The position numbers and the translations under genes are program-made. The notes beneath the pieces are model-generated. The model was given only the letters and a program-made list of their open reading frames with translations. It made no database searches and had not been told where the DNA came from. From Epithemia pelagica (lineage: Eukaryota > Protista > Bacillariophyta), in assembly GCA_946965045.2 (NCBI GenBank), contig OX337229.1:744001-808000 (forward strand): 64,000 nt of DNA, in the 5' to 3' direction. Below, piece after piece: positions 58,156 to 64,000 of this stretch; position 1 is the first letter of the stretch; the number at the start of each line of letters is the position of its first letter.

Positions 58156-59037
58156 TCAACTGAACGACTTTGACGGTGTGGCAACGGGTGCTGAAACCAT
58201 TCTTGCCTCAAACGCGCCACAGGGTATCATTCTGGATGCTGCACCAAGCAGTCCCATTGATTGTTCAATCTTTAATATGCCCTCTTTCATTGCTATAGAC
58301 CCAGGACGGTTGGACGACACCGACGCTTCGCCGTAAAGCCAACCACTTGGGATCGAGTACACAGTCGATGTACGGATTTGTTTGTCAGGTTCATCAGACC
58401 AGTAAATAGATTGGATGGATCCTTTTGTCTCAACTGTTCTGGTGAACCCTGTGACTTTGATGCGAAAGCGAACCTGTTTTCCGTCTTCGGATAGTTTCCA
58501 ATCCCCTTCCATGGAGCCATCCGTAAATGAAGACTCCGTTTCACAAACGCATTTTTCGTCGTCCCGGAAAGTTACACGGATATTGCTTAGCGTTGGACTT
58601 TCTGGAACAGCTTGACCAACCTTTCGGTCTCGGGAAGAGATATTCACCCGTGCCCCAAAAAGGTCATTGGACGGGTCCTTGTTGGGAGCTCCAGTCAGAT
58701 AGAAATCAAGATCAAAGGCTTTTCCTGCGAGATCCGTCATGGAGTTGGAAGTCTTCTTTCTCCACATCTGCTGTGTCTCGGTAAGTTTGACGCTTCCAAA
58801 AGTCTCTGAATCACTGGATCCTTCGTCAATTTGACCAGTTCGTTTCTCATCCTGGGACAAGTTGTCATCGTTCTGAAATGCTTGATCGATCAGGTTCTTG
58901 AAAAAAGAATTGACCCGGACCCTGGGTGCTCTTGTACGCGGTCTCAGCAGAAAGCTAGAGCCTTGTCCAATCGCATTGAGAAGCAGAACGAAAATGACCT
59001 GAATTCTTCGGCTATCCTTCATGGTGGGATGAGACAT
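58156..59037 (-). CDS. Hypothetical, probably plastid-targeted protein
   Basis: 293-aa ORF; signal peptide ending GSS|FLL, R-rich transit-like segment, beta-rich mature region. Confidence 0.75.
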   Translation of the reverse strand: MSHPTMKDSRRIQVIFVLLLNAIGQGSSFLLRPRTRAPRVRVNSFFKNLIDQAFQNDDNLSQDEKRTGQIDEGSSDSETFGSVKLTETQQMWRKKTSNSMTDLAGKAFDLDFYLTGAPNKDPSNDLFGARVNISSRDRKVGQAVPESPTLSNIRVTFRDDEKCVCETESSFTDGSMEGDWKLSEDGKQVRFRIKVTGFTRTVETKGSIQSIYWSDEPDKQIRTSTVYSIPSGWLYGEASVSSNRPGSIAMKEGILKIEQSMGLLGAASRMIPCGAFEARMVSAPVATPSKSFS

Positions 59038-59763
59038 AAAAGAAGATTGAAGATGTGAGAAAAGTGCAATGCGGAGTGCTGAGGGTGCTCATCTTTGATC
59101 GCATTATTTGCTAGATAGACTACCCCAAGAGCACTACGTCCACGAAGGACGGCTATACCCGTAAGGTTAGATCTTCTTGTCATTTACTCCTACTCCGCCT
59201 ACTCCTAGGAGTACCTCGAAGGTCAGCGGCTCATGCACAAAAGCCAATAGACACAAAGCATAGGATGAGCTCAACAACAACACCTATCACGGACGCTGTA
59301 AGAAAGAAGAAGTCGTCTCTTGAAAAATAGCAAAGGTGGATCAACAACAAAAGTAGCCATTTCAGGTGTTCCATATCATCGCAAACAGAGTGGGTTTTAT
59401 GATATTTTATCAATCAACTTCTACGCTGGAACTACAATAACACGCACCAGCAATGGAGAGCAATTTCATCACACTATGTAACTAGTCTCGATGAGTCTAT
59501 TAGGCCTTAGTTTGGGACAATCGATCAATCGATGGAGGGAATTGCTTCGTTTCGACCGAGGGTATCACATACAATGAAACTTGACACTGTTTCGTCCCAG
59601 TCCTACTCCTACATACAAAAGACATGAGCACATTTCCTATTGTCTTCTCTCCTGTCTCCTGTCTCCTTTATCATCACACAAACAATCCGCTAGAGAGAGG
59701 TAGATCAACTCTCAAGAGGTAGTGGAGGCAAACACATCTATCATGAAGGAAATGACGGACTTA

Positions 59764-60560
59764 GGCTATCTCCACCCGAGCGCCGCTATGCTGACGTATT
59801 GGGGCTTTCTGATTGGCCTCGCTATCCGGATAGCAGATTAGCGGAGCCAAAGGGAAATAAACTCCACGATCTCCGTTAAAAGAACGCCGCTATCTCGCGT
59901 TGCGCGTACGCATTGCGCATATGCCCTCTCTTGTTTCGGTTAAAAAGGGGTGCGACCGCGGAAGTTGCGGAATTCAAACAAGACAATCAACGAGAGCACA
60001 AAGCATAAACCAAAGATGGAGGACTCGTTGTTCTCCCTCTTCATTGTTGACTGTCATGGTGAATCATGTTGTTGTTCATGGCCAATGTAGATGTAGGTTG
60101 TAGGTTGCAGTCCAATCTTCCTATTCCCTGTCCGATTTCCGACTGATTGTCTGATAATTGATAATCGAACTCATCAATAGTTTGAATGATGCATTTGTTT
60201 GATTGTTGCATTCCTTCCGATCCGTGATCCTCGAATCATCTTGCTGTGCATGGTTCTTGTCCCATTATAGGAAGTAGGGAACACAACAATGGAAAAAGAG
60301 ATGGTAAGCGATCGTCACAATCAATACGTGCCATTGCCATGTTTTCGACACGAGAGATTCAAAGTTTCACTGATGGCAGCAGACGTTAATTTATTTATGC
60401 CGACGGTTATATTTTGCTCCGCTATCCGCTATTTTCCCCGCTGTTCGGGGCCCCAAATAGCGGCAAAAATAGCGGACAGCGGAGCTGTTTAGCGGTTAGA
60501 GGAGATGGTGGAGTTCGATAGCGGTTTTGGGGCCTTTAGCGGGCCCGGGTGGAGATAGCC
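59764..60560. mobile_element. PIF/Harbinger (Tourist-like) MITE C, 797 bp
   Basis: 15-bp perfect TIR GGCTATCTCCACCCG with imperfect extension; TSD TTA (59761-63, 60561-63); multiple subterminal CCGCTA/TAGCGG motifs. Confidence 0.85.
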
Positions 60561-60942
60561 TTAGATTTGGAATGCCATGGGGAGACAATATGGGGAGAAA
60601 CTTGAGGAGTTGGAGGAATCAAAATCTCAAAACTCAAAATGACGGAGCACTACTAACTACTACTCTCTGTACGAGCTCGTAGGAGAAACAACGAGAAATG
60701 CCGACATCCGGAGAAATCTCCTCCTCGCAGCTCCAACGCCAGTGCATATTCGTATTCGTAGTATAGAGCTGATATTGGTTCCAATATTCATTTTAGCCAA
60801 CTGTCAAAAGAAGAATACAATGCCACCGCTAACCGCTCACGTGTTTCACCCGAGGCAGCTATTCGTATTGACATCAATTCCCTCTTGTATTTTGTATATT
60901 CGTATTATATGCAAAAGACCGAGACAATGCGACTAACAACTA

Positions 60943-61104
60943 CCGTAAATTGCGGAACTTAAGAACCGCCGCTTATAAGCACCATTTGGGCCATTTCGTA
61001 GGACATTGTACTACGGCCACCATAATGTTAATGTGCGGAAGATAAGCACCATTTTGCCTAAAAGGAGGACATTTTTTGGTGGTTCTTAAGTACGCAATCT
61101 ACGG
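60943..61104. mobile_element. Small Tc1/mariner/pogo-type MITE D, 162 bp
   Basis: Imperfect TIR of about 25 bp, CCGTA(A/G)ATTGCG..ACTTAAGAACC; TA on both flanks. Confidence 0.75.
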
Positions 61105-61434
61105 TACTCCTAACAACTATTACTAGCTAGAGTTGCTACGAGTATTTGCTTTGCCTTGCATTTCCTATTTCTCCGCAAGGCAACATTCGCGATTTCGGAT
61201 TACGAGTATTAGACTTCGTGAATGTTCATGTTGGGTCGGATGTCGGATGCAGAACAAGATGGAACGAGCGAAGAACGATGCATCGATGAGTGATCCAGGT
61301 CCATCACTTCGGAAAAGCTCATCAACGTGAGGTCCTTGCGGCGATAAAGGCAAAGCACAAAAGTTTCTTGTATCAATCTCGGGCAAGCAATCAACAAAAG
61401 AGTGCAACTTAGAAATAATTCGTTCCGTCGTACC

Positions 61435-62106
61435 ATGTTCAGCCATAATGATTCTTTGTGTACCATCAGGGCCGCGCGTAAGCGAGATGACATGGGTTCG
61501 ACCAACGTTTTGCCCATAGAAGAGTTGAGAGGCTTGGCAAGGAAGCGGCAACGAACGGACATGACAAGCTGCTCCACGCAATCTCAGTCAACCGAAGTTC
61601 AGGGCAAGAAATCGGTCCAGTTCGACCTCTCAAGAAACACGTACAAAGAGCGAGACATCTCAGTTGAAGAAATACAAAAGAGTTGGTTGTCGACTGAAGA
61701 GGCACAAGACATCAAGAATGAACTTCGATTGACTGTATTTGCTCTGCAGAACGGTCTATTGAACCGTGAAGCCGTCTGCATTCGTGGTCTGGAGGCCCAT
61801 GCTGATCCGCAGCTGTCGAAAGAGAAGCGCGTCAAAGGCAGGGCATTCGCAATTCGCATTATTCAACAGCAATGTCTTTTGAAAGCCATGATGGGGAAAG
61901 TGAATGAATATATTTTGGCAAAGTTGTCGGAGACACTCAGCGCAAGTGATACCTTGCAGGCATGCCTGAATGGCTCCCAGGATGCCAGCGTGGCGAAAAT
62001 GATCCACACGAACAACAGTGCTGAAGCGTCGAAGCCAACATTGGAATCACATGGATGCTCTGTCATTTCTCTCCTTCAGGGACTCGCCGGCGTTCGTTCG
62101 GGTTGA
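61435..62106 (+). CDS. Diatom-type hypothetical protein (KxVxF...W...CxRGLE pattern)
   Basis: KKSVQFDLSRN..SWLSTEEAQDIK..CIRGLE..QQ..LAKLS..GSQDA. Confidence 0.75.
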   Translation: MFSHNDSLCTIRAARKRDDMGSTNVLPIEELRGLARKRQRTDMTSCSTQSQSTEVQGKKSVQFDLSRNTYKERDISVEEIQKSWLSTEEAQDIKNELRLTVFALQNGLLNREAVCIRGLEAHADPQLSKEKRVKGRAFAIRIIQQQCLLKAMMGKVNEYILAKLSETLSASDTLQACLNGSQDASVAKMIHTNNSAEASKPTLESHGCSVISLLQGLAGVRSG

Positions 62107-62664
62107 GATTTACAGTACGAAACCTGGGGCTCGACAAAAGGATGAGCCTTTAGGCGCCATGTTGTGAATGACCTAGTGTCAAGTCACTGGCAGATTTTGA
62201 AAGCGGCTTGTTGGCGTAGATGACGGTGAAAGAACCACCTCCTACATTAACAATTTAGACATTTTAGAGGTTCATCTCTGAGCAACCTAGGTAGGTAGTA
62301 AAAGACGAATGCTCAGCCGTTCGGTCATCATCGTCTAGCGTTTGTAGTTCTCCGCTGGTCTCCCTCCATGCATCGACAATCGACAGACATGTACGAAATC
62401 CGAAATCCGAAATCCGAATACCACAAGCCGGGAGAAGCTTCCGGTAGCAGACTTAGCAAGCCCTTTCAACATTCGGCAGACGTGTCCTGAATATGTCTCA
62501 ATGAAAAACGCAGTAGGGGATACTTATGGACCATCAATAATCGTTTCAATTTCGCCTCATATCGATGAAGAACAGGAGGAATTAGGGTTGAAAATTCGGG
62601 TACGTCATCATAACAGTATCTCCAAGAAAGCTAGAGGGGAGCTCTAGGAGTAAAGTAGAGCAAC

Positions 62665-63069
62665 TGGCTAACGCCAACTTTGTTGCGTGCTACCTTCGAC
62701 CGTTCTTAGCACGGCAACCAGAGAGGAGGAGATGTATGCTGGGCGAAATGAAAAACTATGAGCCCAACCTTGCTACCTCTCCTAAAGGAGGGCGGGCTGA
62801 GGCGGGCTTAATCTATTCTATCGAACGGTCTCTCGCGACGGCAAGAAAGAATGAGACCAGGCACAAGGAAGAAAAGGAAGAGTGTGTGACACGGCGTGCG
62901 CGCGAGCCCGTGCACAGTCCGTCTGTCGTCCACACACAACATCAATGGCTAACGCCAACTTTGTTGCGTGCTACCTTCGACCGTTCTTAGCACGGCAACC
63001 AGAGAGGAGGAGATGTATGCTGGGCGAAATGAAAAACTATGAGCCCAACCTTGCTACCTCTCCTAAAGG
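62665..63069. repeat. Split direct repeat: two identical 124-bp copies flanking a 157-bp spacer
   Basis: Base-by-base comparison shows no mismatch. Confidence 0.95.
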
Positions 63070-63184
63070 CCCATGTTGGTGGGCCAACGAAGACGTGGAG
63101 GGACGGGAGACATCGGAGGTGTGGGATTTGAATGTTTTGGTGAAGAAGGAAAGAAGATGAAGGATGGAGTACGACGGAGGAGTG

Positions 63185-64000
63185 CTAAAGGGAGTGTTGA
63201 ATGGTGTCATGGGGGACACTGTCGAGGAGCGAGTCAACGGATGCAGGTGTGGTGGCTCCTTGCGCGAGGGTGAAGGCGCCATGTTCGACCATGGTGGCGG
63301 CCAATCGCCGGATGATGGGCAGTGTTTGTGCGTGTAAGTAACGGAACATGGCGTCGGAGCGCCAGCGGCCCACAAGCTTGATGTGGTCAGAGTCAACGCG
63401 GCCACAAAGGAGTGCCATGGCACCTCCCGAACGGAGGCTGCGGGCTTGGAGACGCGTTGGGGCGATGCCCGGAACGGGATGGGCGGAAGCGGTGGAACGA
63501 AGAAGGGACGTGATCATCGCGGACGTAATGAGATAGGTATGATCGGAATGACGGGAGGGCGCAGTGCAGAGTGGGTCGGTCGGTGAGATTTGGTGTTGTC
63601 GAAGGGCGGCAAGCAGACGAGCAAGGGCGCAGGTGGGGCAAGCAACTGGGTGGCCACTGAGGCCGTGAGCGATGATCTCACCGCGTTGACGGTTTTTCTG
63701 TGTGTCGAATGTGATCGTGGAGGATGTGGCGCGGAAGAGGTCGTCCACGGGGCATGAGAAGATGTCGAGGGAACGGTTGTCGATGGACAAGGTGATGTTG
63801 GTGCCGCGGAGGGGGGCATTGTCGTAGGTGTGACAGTATTCGCCTGGTCGTAGCAGGTAGAAGTAGGCGACCCAAATAAGGTTCATCATGATGTGGATGG
63901 ATGGATCCAGGGCATTGTCGGCAATTGTTTGGGTGTGGTGCAGCAGTTGGATGGGTACTGGGGGTACGCGTTCGGGGGGCGGGTCGATGTTGCGCATCCC
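63185..64000 (-). CDS. Tyrosine recombinase (DIRS/Ngaro type), N-terminus probably beyond the window
   Basis: YFYLLRPGEY (R), TQKNRQRGE (K), CPTCAL, RSLRSGGA (xxxR), GRWRSDAMFRYL (W, Y). Confidence 0.9.
   Translation of the reverse strand, partial: GMRNIDPPPERVPPVPIQLLHHTQTIADNALDPSIHIMMNLIWVAYFYLLRPGEYCHTYDNAPLRGTNITLSIDNRSLDIFSCPVDDLFRATSSTITFDTQKNRQRGEIIAHGLSGHPVACPTCALARLLAALRQHQISPTDPLCTAPSRHSDHTYLITSAMITSLLRSTASAHPVPGIAPTRLQARSLRSGGAMALLCGRVDSDHIKLVGRWRSDAMFRYLHAQTLPIIRRLAATMVEHGAFTLAQGATTPASVDSLLDSVPHDTIQHSL

Larger units (their letters stand above)
62665..64000 (-). mobile_element. 3' end of a Ngaro-type tyrosine-recombinase retrotransposon (truncated by the window edge)
   Basis: YR ORF followed by two identical 124-bp direct repeats (62946-63069 and 62665-62788) separated by 157 bp, i.e. 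a B1-A2-B2 layout. Confidence 0.75.

Noticed and set aside
62394-62415. (CGAAATC)x3 heptamer resembling the MITE heptamers
   Set aside because: No flanking TIR or TSD found; too short to call.

Overview
Eukaryotic nuclear DNA, very likely from a pennate diatom. The evidence is compact genes with short GT-AG introns, ASAFAP-type bipartite plastid-targeting peptides, a nucleus-encoded plastid sigma-70 factor, poly-N/poly-Q tracts and diatom-like hypothetical families. About 25 host protein genes and two tRNA-Pro genes are present. The most notable feature is an apparently intact 7816-bp DNA transposon at 13249-21064 with 31-bp perfect TIRs and a perfect 10-bp TSD. It carries a 1.75-kaa putative transposase and a convergent RecQ-like helicase, which is the AcademH architecture that I know only from animals and fungi. 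The window also holds the 3' end of a Ngaro-type tyrosine-recombinase retrotransposon (B1-A2-B2 split direct repeats) at the right edge, five MITEs with readable TIRs and TSDs (three packed into 29.3-32.0 kb), recurrent intergenic TAC...GTA palindromic motifs, and several uncharacterised repeat-built proteins. Family assignments come from motif recognition by eye; no database searches were run.
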